A stretch of DNA of 45,293 nucleotides from a virus (taxonomy: Duplodnaviria; Heunggongvirae; Uroviricota; Caudoviricetes). The stretch lies in IMG/VR virus record IMGVR_UViG_2571042653_000011; one strand, given 5' to 3'. The notes under the pieces were generated by a model. That model did not search any database. It worked only from the letters and a program-made list of their open reading frames with translations, and was not told the origin of the DNA. Shown here one piece after another: positions 1-8,293 of this stretch. Positions within the stretch are counted from its first letter, which is position 1. The number at the start of each line of letters is the position of its first letter. A program made the position numbers and the translations under genes.

Positions 1-573
1 ATGTTTTGCGAAGAAAAAGTAGCTCAAATGGCTGCATACCTACTTCTTAAGCGAGGTGGGCGCATGGCATATCTGAAATTGATGAAGCTGCTCTATCTGT
101 CTAACCGCAAGTCGATTTTGAAGCATGGCAGGATGATCGGCGAAGATAGCCTTTACTCTATGAAATTTGGTCCAGTCATGTCGAATACGCTGAACTTGAT
201 TCGTGGTAAGGCTGAAGGTATTGGTGACTACTGGTACAACCTGATAGAGACGAACGGGCATGATGTGTTGTTGCGTTCAGATCCGAGGGAAATGGATGCA
301 GACGAGGTCTTTGATGAGTTGAGCCGTGCAGATATCCGGATTTTAGATGAAATCTATTCTCTGTATGGGCATATGAACCGATTTGATCTCGCAAACATGA
401 CGCATTTAGAAAGCGTTTGTCCAGAGTGGCACAATCCTGGCAATTCTCGTAAGCCTATAGACCTGAAAGAAATGCTGATCAGTGAGGGTAAAAGCGAGGA
501 TGAGGCTAATCGTATAATTGGCAAAATGGAAGAATCTCAGAAACTTAAGGAATTTTCTTTGCAATTATCATGA
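1..573 (+). CDS. Panacea (DUF4065)-like domain protein, putative antitoxin-type component
   Basis: 190-aa ORF starting at the window edge; motifs KLMKLLYL and KFGPV resemble the DUF4065/Panacea (SocA/GepA-like) family as recalled; stop overlaps the next ORF's start (ATGA). May be 5'-truncated by the window. Confidence 0.5.
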   Translation: MFCEEKVAQMAAYLLLKRGGRMAYLKLMKLLYLSNRKSILKHGRMIGEDSLYSMKFGPVMSNTLNLIRGKAEGIGDYWYNLIETNGHDVLLRSDPREMDADEVFDELSRADIRILDEIYSLYGHMNRFDLANMTHLESVCPEWHNPGNSRKPIDLKEMLISEGKSEDEANRIIGKMEESQKLKEFSLQLS

Positions 574-989
574 CGGATTATCAGCCATACAGGAAAGGAA
601 CTGTGCTTGCCCCAACTGGGCCATGCAATCATCTTCATGTGATTTGTAATGATCCTGTTTATTACCCCGTTAACGATTGTTATTGTGTTTTAGTTGTTAA
701 TATTTCTAGTATCAAGGATGGTGTCCCCCACGATCCGTCTTGCGTCTTGAATTCTGGTGATCATCGCTTTATCAAGCATCCAAGTTATGTTGTTTACGCT
801 GAAGCTATAATTTGGCGAGTGGATAACATGGTTAGAAAGCAGCGATCGGGTGAGATTTCCGTTCATGATGATATGCCAGAAGCTACATTCAATAGAATTC
901 TGGACGGTTTTGATATATCTGATGAAGTTACGCCAAAGAACCTTAAATTTAAAAATAAATATTGCGTATCATCTATTGATGATGAGTAA
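570..989 (+). CDS. Hypothetical protein, translationally coupled partner of the Panacea-like gene (candidate toxin/effector)
   Basis: 139-aa ORF; ATG at 570 overlaps the upstream TGA; no Shine-Dalgarno of its own, consistent with coupling; AT-rich by eye; no family recognised. Confidence 0.45.
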   Translation: MTDYQPYRKGTVLAPTGPCNHLHVICNDPVYYPVNDCYCVLVVNISSIKDGVPHDPSCVLNSGDHRFIKHPSYVVYAEAIIWRVDNMVRKQRSGEISVHDDMPEATFNRILDGFDISDEVTPKNLKFKNKYCVSSIDDE

Positions 990-1028
990 ACAACAGGAAT
1001 TGTTTCGGTATAGCTTCTGGAGTTTTCT

Positions 1029-1202
1029 ATGGAAGATCAAAAAGCAACCAAGCCACAGGTTAAGTTCGACACAATGAAAGCATTCGCAGGTATGGGTGCT
1101 GCTGTTGAAGTTCTGATGAAGGCTGCTCCTAATGCGTTCACTCACGCTACTGTCTCTGGTAAAGAGCAGCAGGGTAAGCTTCGTCGTCGCAAAGCAGCAT
1201 GA
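1029..1202 (+). CDS. Small hypothetical protein (57 aa)
   Basis: ATG at 1029 preceded by GGAG; ends 20 nt before a strong intrinsic terminator; below the ORF-track length cutoff, translated by hand. Confidence 0.3.
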   Translation: MEDQKATKPQVKFDTMKAFAGMGAAVEVLMKAAPNAFTHATVSGKEQQGKLRRRKAA

Positions 1203-1223
1203 TCATAGCTGGTGCTTTTTGAA

Positions 1224-1248
1224 AACCCGCCTTTAGGCGGGTTTTTTC
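1224..1248. terminator. Bidirectional rho-independent terminator between convergent genes
   Basis: Hairpin ACCCGCC-TTTA-GGCGGGT followed by TTTTTT on the plus strand, with an A-run upstream giving a T-run on the minus strand. Confidence 0.7.
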
Positions 1249-1249
1249 T

Positions 1250-1531
1250 TTAGTGATGTTCTTTGCCCTTCTGTTTGCCTGTTCTGACCTGTTCCCACTC
1301 GATACGTCCTTCTTCTCGTCTTTTGTCTATGTATTCCGCAAGATCCTGAATATTGATGCAACGTTTTGCTTTTTGTGATGTACCGATGCGATATGTAGGT
1401 ACAGGCAACTTACAAGCGTTTGCTTTTGCTTCTGCTGTGGCTGGACTCATACCAAAGTATTTTTGACTAACTGCTGAGAGTTCAATGTTTGGGGTATTGA
1501 ATTCAGCCATCAGTAAAAACAAGGTGTTCAT
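1250..1531 (-). CDS. Excisionase-like DNA-binding protein (DUF1233/PrtN-like, tentative)
   Basis: ORF 1250-1558; start assigned to the internal ATG (MNTLFLL...) which has GGAG 6 nt upstream; family resemblance is from memory. Confidence 0.5.
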   Translation of the reverse strand: MNTLFLLMAEFNTPNIELSAVSQKYFGMSPATAEAKANACKLPVPTYRIGTSQKAKRCINIQDLAEYIDKRREEGRIEWEQVRTGKQKGKEHH

Positions 1532-1567
1532 AATTTTCTCCATCAAAACCGGCTGCACCCGGGAAAA

Positions 1568-2140
1568 TCATAATTCTGTGCTGGTGGCAGGAATTAATTT
1601 CTGCCAGATAGCGGAAACATATTTTGCCTGATGACGGGCATCAGCCAGGGCGTTGTGCCGTTCGCCATCGAAAGGCATGTCCATTTTGGGGTCGAATCCG
1701 ATGGAACGCCCAAGCGTAACGATCGTGCGTACATCGTGGTCATTCCAGTACGCCCACGGGCAGATTTGTCCTGCTCGCTCGTAAGCTCCACGTAAAATTA
1801 CGTTGTCGAAGGTGGCCCCGTTACCCCAGACTTTTAAATATTTCGTATTGGCTGCGTGCCGGTTAATGAAATGATTTAGTTCTGAGAGAGCATCGCTGAT
1901 CGACAAAGTATCATCAATACAGATTGCAGCTCGTGCTTCAGGGCTTTGTTTCAACCACCACAGGATGGTATCGCCGTCAGGTGTAGCTCCTTGCCCCATA
2001 GCACTTTCCAGGCTAACAACCGTATAGAATTCTTGTCCGATGTCTCCGGTTTCTGGAGTGAAGAACACCGCGCCAATGGAAACGATCGGTGCATCCTTAT
2101 TTTTCCCCATCGTCTCAAGGTCGATCATTAAGTTGTTCAT
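1568..2140 (-). CDS. 3'-5' exonuclease (DnaQ-like DEDD family)
   Basis: DxE motif (MIDLETMG) near the N-terminus and a C-terminal H...D motif; strong SD (GGAGGTGA) before the ATG; start overlaps the upstream gene's stop. Confidence 0.75.
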   Translation of the reverse strand: MNNLMIDLETMGKNKDAPIVSIGAVFFTPETGDIGQEFYTVVSLESAMGQGATPDGDTILWWLKQSPEARAAICIDDTLSISDALSELNHFINRHAANTKYLKVWGNGATFDNVILRGAYERAGQICPWAYWNDHDVRTIVTLGRSIGFDPKMDMPFDGERHNALADARHQAKYVSAIWQKLIPATSTEL

Positions 2141-2898
2141 CACTTCACCTCCTGCGGCGGTTCCGGTAGCGGCATCCAGTGAGTTGCTTGCTCAATACCA
2201 TTACCCGGCTTAATCGTTGCATCTCCTCTCCGAAAGGTGCTTCCGGTATAGCGTGCGGAGCATATTAGCGGTTCAACCAGAGAGCTATCGAAATTCACCG
2301 AAATAAGCACGTTCTGGCCCTTTTCAGGCATTCGATCACTACAGCTTATCCAACCATCCGGAGTTACCGGATAGTTGCCAGCCAGTGCGTTCTGCAATCG
2401 TTCCAGCTTAACGTATTCCTGAACCCTGTTTCCGTCGCACGCCTGAAGCCATTGCACAGCCTTTTGCGCATCAGTGTGAAAGGTACAAGTGCGTCCATCC
2501 TCAAATTGCATTTCGTAAAGGTCAGCAACCTGTTCAAAGTGCGTTTGTGGCAAGTTGTAAGTTTGGTTTACAGGTTGGCCTCCCTGAAGCATGGCGGCGC
2601 GGTGACACCAGATAATCCAGCCAAGCGCCATATCCCATGCCATGTATTCTCTATCACCATTTTTTGCCCTGCGGCGATCTACAGATTCCCCGAAACGCTT
2701 CTCCATAAATAATTCATAGGCTGCCCGTTCATCCGATACTGCTGCCAGCGATGCCAGTGCAATTTTAAATGCGGTAAGTATGTTGTTAACCTGACCTATT
2801 TCGAATGCTATTTCACTACATACAAACGATTTATCGTCTATTATCGACTCAATTCCGGTAATCGTGTTCTGTAACCATTCTTTGGTAATAGTATTCAT
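2140..2898 (-). CDS. DUF551-domain phage protein
   Basis: 252 aa; C-terminal segment WISCSDRMPE...HWMPLPEPP resembles DUF551; SD AAGGTGA upstream of the ATG. Confidence 0.65.
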   Translation of the reverse strand: MNTITKEWLQNTITGIESIIDDKSFVCSEIAFEIGQVNNILTAFKIALASLAAVSDERAAYELFMEKRFGESVDRRRAKNGDREYMAWDMALGWIIWCHRAAMLQGGQPVNQTYNLPQTHFEQVADLYEMQFEDGRTCTFHTDAQKAVQWLQACDGNRVQEYVKLERLQNALAGNYPVTPDGWISCSDRMPEKGQNVLISVNFDSSLVEPLICSARYTGSTFRRGDATIKPGNGIEQATHWMPLPEPPQEVK

Positions 2899-2900
2899 AA

Positions 2901-3092
2901 CTATTTCACCTTAATCTCAACATTTCGCAGCTTTAGCTCTACTGGCAGGTCTGACTTTCCTGTTAATGCTAATGCGAGATTTTCAGGAGTAATGAGAGCA
3001 GTTATTGTTTTCCCCCTCGCCAGACGAATAATCATTCGTATCTCGCAATCGTCACATGCTCCCGGTCGAACAATTGAGATTTGTCCGTTCAT
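2901..3092 (-). CDS. Hypothetical small phage protein (63 aa)
   Basis: Tightly packed between the Ea22-like and DUF551 genes in the same leftward operon. Confidence 0.4.
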   Translation of the reverse strand: MNGQISIVRPGACDDCEIRMIIRLARGKTITALITPENLALALTGKSDLPVELKLRNVEIKVK

Positions 3093-3093
3093 C

Positions 3094-3648
3094 TCACTTC
3101 CCCTTCACACCAATGTTGGCGGCGGCGCGCTCGGCTTCACTTTGTTCCCAAAACCACTTGTGAAGCGCCATAAGCTTTTCGTCAATCGGTGCATATTTGC
3201 GATTAAAGTAGGCCTGAGCATCTTTCTCAGATTCGTCCGGTAATTCGCCAGGGCCAAACAGTGTGTTATAAATCCATGCCAGTCCGCTCTCAGCGTCGCC
3301 AGTTGCCTGCCATTCGATAATGGCAGCCTGCATGACCAGAATGTTTTTCCCGATTAATAGGTCCAGTTCTTTGTACCGGTTGCGGATGTATGCATTCTCG
3401 CTTTGTAATTCAGCGTTTCGCTTCTCTGCTGCTTCCAGCTCATCCAGCAGCGCCAAGACGGTGGCAGGATTGGCGGCGGCTATGAATCGTTTATTGGCGC
3501 GATTATCTGGTCCTGAGCATGATGCTATGTAGTAATTGGCGTTCAGTCCGGCATCGGCAATTACTACATGGTAGTCATCAGCACACCATTCGCCTGGTGT
3601 TGCATTTTCTGCCGCCAGTCGCAGAGCCTGATAGTTAATCTCGCTCAC
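3094..3648 (-). CDS. Ea22-like early protein
   Basis: 184 aa with central coiled-coil; GTG start preceded by consensus SD AAGGAGG at 6 nt; N-terminus MSEINYQALR resembles Ea22-like prophage proteins (recall). Confidence 0.55.
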   Translation of the reverse strand: MSEINYQALRLAAENATPGEWCADDYHVVIADAGLNANYYIASCSGPDNRANKRFIAAANPATVLALLDELEAAEKRNAELQSENAYIRNRYKELDLLIGKNILVMQAAIIEWQATGDAESGLAWIYNTLFGPGELPDESEKDAQAYFNRKYAPIDEKLMALHKWFWEQSEAERAAANIGVKGK

Positions 3649-3884
3649 TGGTTGCCTCCTTTACGGATCTGCGCTGCGATGCGCGAAAAAAAAGACTCCC
3701 GCGTATGACTGTTAAGAGCTGGCGCGAACGCTGCGTTAAGAACGGCAGCATCACAGCCGTCATCGATATAGAGCGCAATTTTTTTCTCCAGGCGCGCTTT
3801 GGCTTCCTGCAACTGCATACCCCGGCACGCACGCGGGATATACTCAGCAATTTGAGCGATAGATTTTTCGTTCTGTTTAAACAT
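3645..3884 (-). CDS. Hypothetical phage protein (79 aa)
   Basis: ATG with SD GAGGTGA; stop overlaps the downstream start. Confidence 0.45.
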   Translation of the reverse strand: MFKQNEKSIAQIAEYIPRACRGMQLQEAKARLEKKIALYIDDGCDAAVLNAAFAPALNSHTRESFFSRIAAQIRKGGNQ

Positions 3885-4080
3885 GCTTCACCTCGATAGG
3901 CTTGATGGTGTCGATCAGTAGTCGGAGGCGCGTATTTTCTGCAAAGTGGCGGCGTCCGGTTTCTTTGTGGTAAAACTCGTTTTTGCCGACGACCCACATC
4001 CGCTCTGTCTGGTGAAGTTTTTTTACCTGCGGGCCGTCTTTGGTGATCACAATGCCGGTATGGGTTTTTACGATTGTCAT
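3877..4080 (-). CDS. Hypothetical phage protein (67 aa)
   Basis: ATG overlaps the stop of the upstream PAPS-reductase-like gene (ATGA). Confidence 0.45.
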   Translation of the reverse strand: MTIVKTHTGIVITKDGPQVKKLHQTERMWVVGKNEFYHKETGRRHFAENTRLRLLIDTIKPIEVKHV

Positions 4081-4955
4081 GCCACCACCTCTTCGAATTT
4101 CAATTCCAATTGATCACCCCAGATTTCACATGACTCTGAACACGAGCCGGTATCGAATCGCCTGGCTTGCACCATCGCTTGATACAAATTTCTGTAGTCG
4201 CTGTCGGCATACATTCTGGCAATCCCGTCAAGGCTCAGATGACCACGGTACATAACGTCTTTATTTGTCTTTCGGTGACCATCCCGGACGTGTTTACCTG
4301 TAACCAGCTCATTAAAAACTCGCATCAGACCAGGTTCGTCTTTACATGCAAGCCCCAGCTTTTGCGTGGACTTTTTGATGCAGAAAACACAGTTCCCGAG
4401 GTGCTCCGGGATTTGCAAATCAAAAGGTTGTTTATGCCACCACCGGATAACATCCGAGTTATCAAAATCAGATAGCTCGGCAAGATACCGGACGCCCGAT
4501 TTCGGTTTCAGCCTACGAGGTTCGTCTGCACGAATACCCAGCCATGTGATGTAATTCCCTCGTCCGAAATGGTCATCGCAGTATTTTGTGAAGGGGGTGA
4601 GTTTTAATCTGTCAGTGCAGAACGCGCCGCCGATGTATGGCGTGCCATATTTTTTTACCATGTCCATAAACGGTTTAAGCACCGGCATTCGTGTCTGAAT
4701 ATCCTTTGGTTCCCATTCCGTATAACCATTTGGCTGCCCAAGCTCTGGATTTATATCGACCTGCAACACAGTTAGCGGTATGCCCCAGAACTTCACAACC
4801 TCCCGAATAAAGCGGTATGTCAGCGGATGTTCGCAACCGGTATCCATAAAGATGTAGCAGACGTTATTGCCAGCCTTTCTTTGTTCTTCCATCAGGTGAA
4901 CAAGATATGCAGATGTTCTCCCGCCAGAAAAACTAACTACATGAGTTATGCACAT
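4077..4955 (-). CDS. Phosphoadenosine phosphosulfate (PAPS) reductase family protein (PP-loop ATP pyrophosphatase fold)
   Basis: 292 aa; N-terminal PP-loop motif SFSGGRTS; overlaps the 3' end of the upstream HD-domain gene by 10 nt. Confidence 0.75.
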   Translation of the reverse strand: MCITHVVSFSGGRTSAYLVHLMEEQRKAGNNVCYIFMDTGCEHPLTYRFIREVVKFWGIPLTVLQVDINPELGQPNGYTEWEPKDIQTRMPVLKPFMDMVKKYGTPYIGGAFCTDRLKLTPFTKYCDDHFGRGNYITWLGIRADEPRRLKPKSGVRYLAELSDFDNSDVIRWWHKQPFDLQIPEHLGNCVFCIKKSTQKLGLACKDEPGLMRVFNELVTGKHVRDGHRKTNKDVMYRGHLSLDGIARMYADSDYRNLYQAMVQARRFDTGSCSESCEIWGDQLELKFEEVVA

Positions 4956-5482
4956 TTGCGTAATTCCGATAACTCGTTAAAACGTTCCATAAACATCCCG
5001 TAGGCATGGCCTGGTGACAGTGGAATAACTTTGAACATCTCTGTTGCCGGGATGCCTTCCAGTACAGGCCAGAAAGAGCCATCATCAAGCCCGAGATCGC
5101 GGCGTTCGGTTGCCAGCATAATGAGATCGGCATATTTCACTGGCGTGCTCATAACAGGAGGTAACCCGTATTTCTCACGGATTACGGCGTCTATTTTTTC
5201 TTCCATCCGTTTATAGTCAGGAAGAGGTCGTTTCAGTGGCGCGGGGATGTCCTGGCAATATGCTTCTGTTGCATCATGCATTAACGCTTCGAAAGCAAAC
5301 TCCTGCGGTACCAGCTGGCTGCAAAGCACCGCATGTTGGGCGACGCTGTAGAAGTGTGAAAGATGCCCTGCAAAGCGACAGATATTTGAGAGGGAAACTG
5401 CGATATCGTTAATCACGATGTCGTCTTTATTTATCTTGTCATAATAAAAATGCTTCCCGGAAAAAGTTTTAATAAATGACAT
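4946..5482 (-). CDS. yfdR: HD-domain phosphohydrolase, YfdR-like 5'-deoxynucleotidase
   Basis: 178 aa from the ATG at 5482 (GGAG 7 nt upstream); HD motif (ALMHDATE); length and P-Q-R gene order match the CPS-53 prophage yfdPQR set as recalled. Confidence 0.65.
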   Translation of the reverse strand: MSFIKTFSGKHFYYDKINKDDIVINDIAVSLSNICRFAGHLSHFYSVAQHAVLCSQLVPQEFAFEALMHDATEAYCQDIPAPLKRPLPDYKRMEEKIDAVIREKYGLPPVMSTPVKYADLIMLATERRDLGLDDGSFWPVLEGIPATEMFKVIPLSPGHAYGMFMERFNELSELRKCA

Positions 5483-5609
5483 TTTGTTCTCCACGTATAT
5501 GCGCTGCACCGCGCTGAATTCTGGTAAAAGGAAGCTCTCACCATCCGGTGATTATTGAGTTAATTACGTTTCCATAAATGCCCCCGCAGGGGCATTTGCA
5601 GTAATGAAA

Positions 5610-6434
5610 TCAGGCGGTGAAAGTACCAATAAAGGTTTCGACTTTGCTGTCTTTGAATTTCTCAACAAGCAGATCACGAAATTCGTTAGCCATTTCTTCC
5701 TGCACCGCTTCCAGCTGAATAATGCGCAGAACCAGTACAGGACGATCGCCAGTGATAATGCTGAGGCGTAATTTAAACGGACGTTCTTTCAGGCCTTCAA
5801 ACGGAACGCATTTAAATTCAAATGCCACTGGCATAATGTCTTTGGTCTTCGCTTCGACTGACTCCATCAGGGAGCGTTTGCCGCTGAAGTCATTATCTTC
5901 AAAATCAGCTGTCTGGTTCGCTTCAATTGTGATTTTACGGATCGCCGCAGCCGCTTTGGTTGCCTGAATGGCGTCACCATTAGCATCAAAGCCCACAAGG
6001 TAGTCGGCCCAGTCTTCAATCCATTCTGCCAGTGACTTCTGGGAGTTACGCTCGCCGTTAACAGACAACAGGGCAGAGAACGGTGCTGTCTTTTTCAGTT
6101 TGAGAGTGGCGGTGTTATCTGCGTGACCTGGTTCATCGATAGTACCCAGGTTAAGTACACTGACGGCACGCATATTATCGGCGTCGATAAAGCAGCGGGT
6201 GCCTTCATCTGCAAGATCTTTAGAATAACGGGTAAAATCATCGATGCTGGCAGTGGAAAGTGCACCACGGAAACGGAAGCGATTTAAATTAAATTTTTCC
6301 AGATCATGAATGCGGAAATTCTCAGGCAATGCCACAGCATCGGCACCAATCTTACTGATAATTTCATTAACACCCTGAGCAGAAATAAGGGCATGAATTT
6401 GATTAATTGCGGTTGCGTCTAAGTTCTGAGACAT
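5610..6434 (-). CDS. yfdQ: YfdQ-like protein (DUF2303)
   Basis: 274 aa, same length as E. coli CPS-53 YfdQ (recall); sits between the yfdP-like and yfdR-like genes. Confidence 0.6.
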   Translation of the reverse strand: MSQNLDATAINQIHALISAQGVNEIISKIGADAVALPENFRIHDLEKFNLNRFRFRGALSTASIDDFTRYSKDLADEGTRCFIDADNMRAVSVLNLGTIDEPGHADNTATLKLKKTAPFSALLSVNGERNSQKSLAEWIEDWADYLVGFDANGDAIQATKAAAAIRKITIEANQTADFEDNDFSGKRSLMESVEAKTKDIMPVAFEFKCVPFEGLKERPFKLRLSIITGDRPVLVLRIIQLEAVQEEMANEFRDLLVEKFKDSKVETFIGTFTA

Positions 6435-6499
6435 AATAAGTCCTCACTATATAAAGATATTCAATGATGAGATAAATAATCAGTTAATTAAGAACGATA

Positions 6500-6862
6500 T
6501 TAATGACCTGCTGCGCGGAGTTTTCCGTCAGGCTCACCGGCAAGAGTCAGTAATTGTCCCTGGTCTTCCTGCAGAATAGTCAGGCGACCACCGCGATTGA
6601 CATACATCGGCGTTTCGGTGGTGTCTTCTTCGGAAATTTTCCCGCGGTTAGTCGGGCGAACATATGAGAGTTTGTGTTTTATTTTCACACGGTTCTCATC
6701 AAACGGTTCGATTTCCAGGTTGAGCGAGACCTTACCTTTGGTTTTCGTGTTCATCACACCGGAAGCGACTTCACTGAGAACTGCGCCGATTTTGGTTTCA
6801 AATACGCCGCCGTCCAGCTCCCCGATAAATGCCTGCACATCAGTACTGTGTTCGCTAGCCAT
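6500..6862 (-). CDS. yfdP: YfdP-like early protein; first gene of the leftward operon
   Basis: 120 aa from the ATG at 6862 (MASEHSTD...) with SD GAGGAG 7 nt upstream; the longer track ORF to 7048 has a TTG start, no SD, and would translate the structured leader. Confidence 0.5.
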   Translation of the reverse strand: MASEHSTDVQAFIGELDGGVFETKIGAVLSEVASGVMNTKTKGKVSLNLEIEPFDENRVKIKHKLSYVRPTNRGKISEEDTTETPMYVNRGGRLTILQEDQGQLLTLAGEPDGKLRAAGH

Positions 6863-6910
6863 TTTGCTGCTCCTCATCATATCGACCCTGCAAGGTCGGT
6901 TGGTTTCTCC

Positions 6911-7009
6911 ACAAAACAGAGAAGAACACCTGCGGTGACTGCCGCCCGGATGGATTGGGTTATGAGCCCGTCGTCCGGTGATGCTCTTCTCTGTTTTGTA
7001 AAAAGAGCG
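6911..7009 (-). promoter_or_regulatory. Structured leader of the leftward transcript: boxA-like element followed by a long hairpin (nut/put-like candidate)
   Basis: On the minus strand CGCTCTTTTTA (plus 6999-7009) is immediately followed by a 15-bp inverted repeat (arms 6911-6925 and 6985-6999) around a 59-nt GC-rich loop; lies between the PL candidate and the first gene. Confidence 0.3.
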
Positions 7010-7203
7010 GTACCAGCCGGAAGCAAGTGTACAAACTGGTACCGCCAAAGCAGTGGCTGTTGTGGTGACCGGTGCTGATCTCCGGCTTGCGGTTATTTCA
7101 GACTCTCACGGGCGTTTAATTGCCCCGCCGAACAGCTCTTTTCCGCAATAGCTGCAATGTCTTTCGCGCATCAGCCTGCGCATTCACCACAACTCTAAAA
7201 ACA

Positions 7204-7257
7204 AATGTAGGATATCCAACATGTAGGTGTCAAGAGTTTATGTTGGTTATCCTACAT
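7204..7257 (-). promoter_or_regulatory. Left operator/promoter region (OL/PL candidate)
   Basis: Minus-strand TTGACA (plus 7228-7233), 18-bp spacer, TACATT (plus 7204-7209); overlapped by operator 18-mers ATGTAGGATATCCAACAT (7205-7222) and ATGTTGGTTATCCTACAT (7240-7257) sharing the half-site ATGTAGG. Confidence 0.55.
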
Positions 7258-7273
7258 AAAAAGATAGGCTCAT

Positions 7274-7299
7274 AAAAAAACCGGGGATACCCCGGTTTT
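7274..7299 (-). terminator. Intrinsic terminator downstream of the repressor gene (bidirectional shape)
   Basis: A7 then hairpin CCGGGG-ATA-CCCCGG then TTTT; on the minus strand the hairpin is followed by T7, 20 nt past the cI-like stop. Confidence 0.7.
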
Positions 7300-7319
7300 G
7301 CGATAGTGAGGAAGATGTG

Positions 7320-7973
7320 TCAAAAATCCATTATTACTTGTTTGACAAGACCAACTATTCTGCAGTTCTCACCGCATTCAATAGTTTTATAGTTAGGATT
7401 TAGTGGGACGAGATACCTGTTCGGCCAGTCCTCAACAAATTTTTTGAGTGTCGCTTCTTGCCCACCATTGATATGGGCAACAACGATTTTTCCGTTAATA
7501 CACTCTGTATCAATAATATCTGGCTCTACGATAACGATAGAACCTTCTGGTATCGATGGTGAGCCGAGGGGATTGGTCATTGAATCACCACGGACCCGTA
7601 GTGCAAATGCCATTTCTGATACAAGGGCGGTAGTATAAACCCACTCTTCAGCATCTTCTTTCCTGACACCAGGCTCCGTCATTGTCCATGAACCCGCCTG
7701 AACCCACGAGATGAGGGGGACTTTTTTAACTGCGAATATTTCAGGTTTTAGATTTATCTTTGGTTCAGGCGAGCCTTTTCCGCTAACAAGCCACAGAGGA
7801 TCGCATTTAAGTGCGTTGGCTAGGGCTTGAAGGTTGGCTCCATTTGGTTGGTAGTCGTCCTTTTCCCATCCAGTAACCGTGACACGGTTCACACCAGTCA
7901 AATCAGCCAGTGCTTGTTGTGTCAGGTTCAGTTCTTTTCGCCTTTGGCGAATACGATCACTCATGTTCATCAT
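7320..7973 (-). CDS. CI-like prophage repressor (HTH_XRE N-terminal domain plus S24 LexA-like peptidase domain)
   Basis: N-terminal HTH (RIRQRRKELNLTQQALADLTGV) and C-terminal S24 motifs (GDSM ... KK); start is ambiguous among ATGs at 7973, 7970 and 7964 because operators overlap the 5' end. Confidence 0.85.
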   Translation of the reverse strand: MMNMSDRIRQRRKELNLTQQALADLTGVNRVTVTGWEKDDYQPNGANLQALANALKCDPLWLVSGKGSPEPKINLKPEIFAVKKVPLISWVQAGSWTMTEPGVRKEDAEEWVYTTALVSEMAFALRVRGDSMTNPLGSPSIPEGSIVIVEPDIIDTECINGKIVVAHINGGQEATLKKFVEDWPNRYLVPLNPNYKTIECGENCRIVGLVKQVIMDF

Positions 7974-8037
7974 GTAGGCAATCCTACCACATGCCAATGT
8001 AGGATTCTTGACATTGGCATGTTGGATATCCTACATT
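7972..8037 (+). promoter_or_regulatory. Right operator/promoter region (OR/PR candidate, with PRM presumably interleaved)
   Basis: TTGACA (8008-8013), 18-bp spacer, TACATT (8032-8037) upstream of the cro-like ATG at 8069; operator copies at 7972-7992 and 8019-8036 (the latter is the exact reverse complement of the OL 18-mer); 10-bp inverted arms at 7991-8000 and 8011-8020. Confidence 0.55.
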
Positions 8038-8068
8038 CCTGCTTGACGTAATTTAACGGGAGACAGAA

Positions 8069-8266
8069 ATGCGGAAATCCGACGTGATTAATTATTTCGG
8101 CGGAGTTTGTAAAACCGCCGAAGCCCTAGGTATTAAGCATCCGTCTGTTTCAGAGTGGCCTGAGATTATTCCTGAAGGCCGAGCGTACCAGTTAGAAAAA
8201 ATTACTAACGGGAAACTGAAAGTTGACGTGTCTTTATATCAAAAGACTAACAGTGCTGCGGCATAA
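8069..8266 (+). CDS. Cro-like small HTH regulator
   Basis: 65 aa, divergent from the cI-like gene; GGGAG SD before the ATG; HTH-like segment GGVCKTAEALGIKHPSVSEW. Confidence 0.6.
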   Translation: MRKSDVINYFGGVCKTAEALGIKHPSVSEWPEIIPEGRAYQLEKITNGKLKVDVSLYQKTNSAAA

Positions 8267-8293
8267 AAACACCACAGAAATGAGGAATTAACC

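Noticed and set aside
6863-7048. Arginine-rich N-terminal extension of the YfdP-like ORF as a possible N-like antiterminator
   Set aside because: Requires a TTG start with no SD and translates the structured leader; the ATG at 6862 with GAGGAG is the credible start. An N-like gene is not supported.
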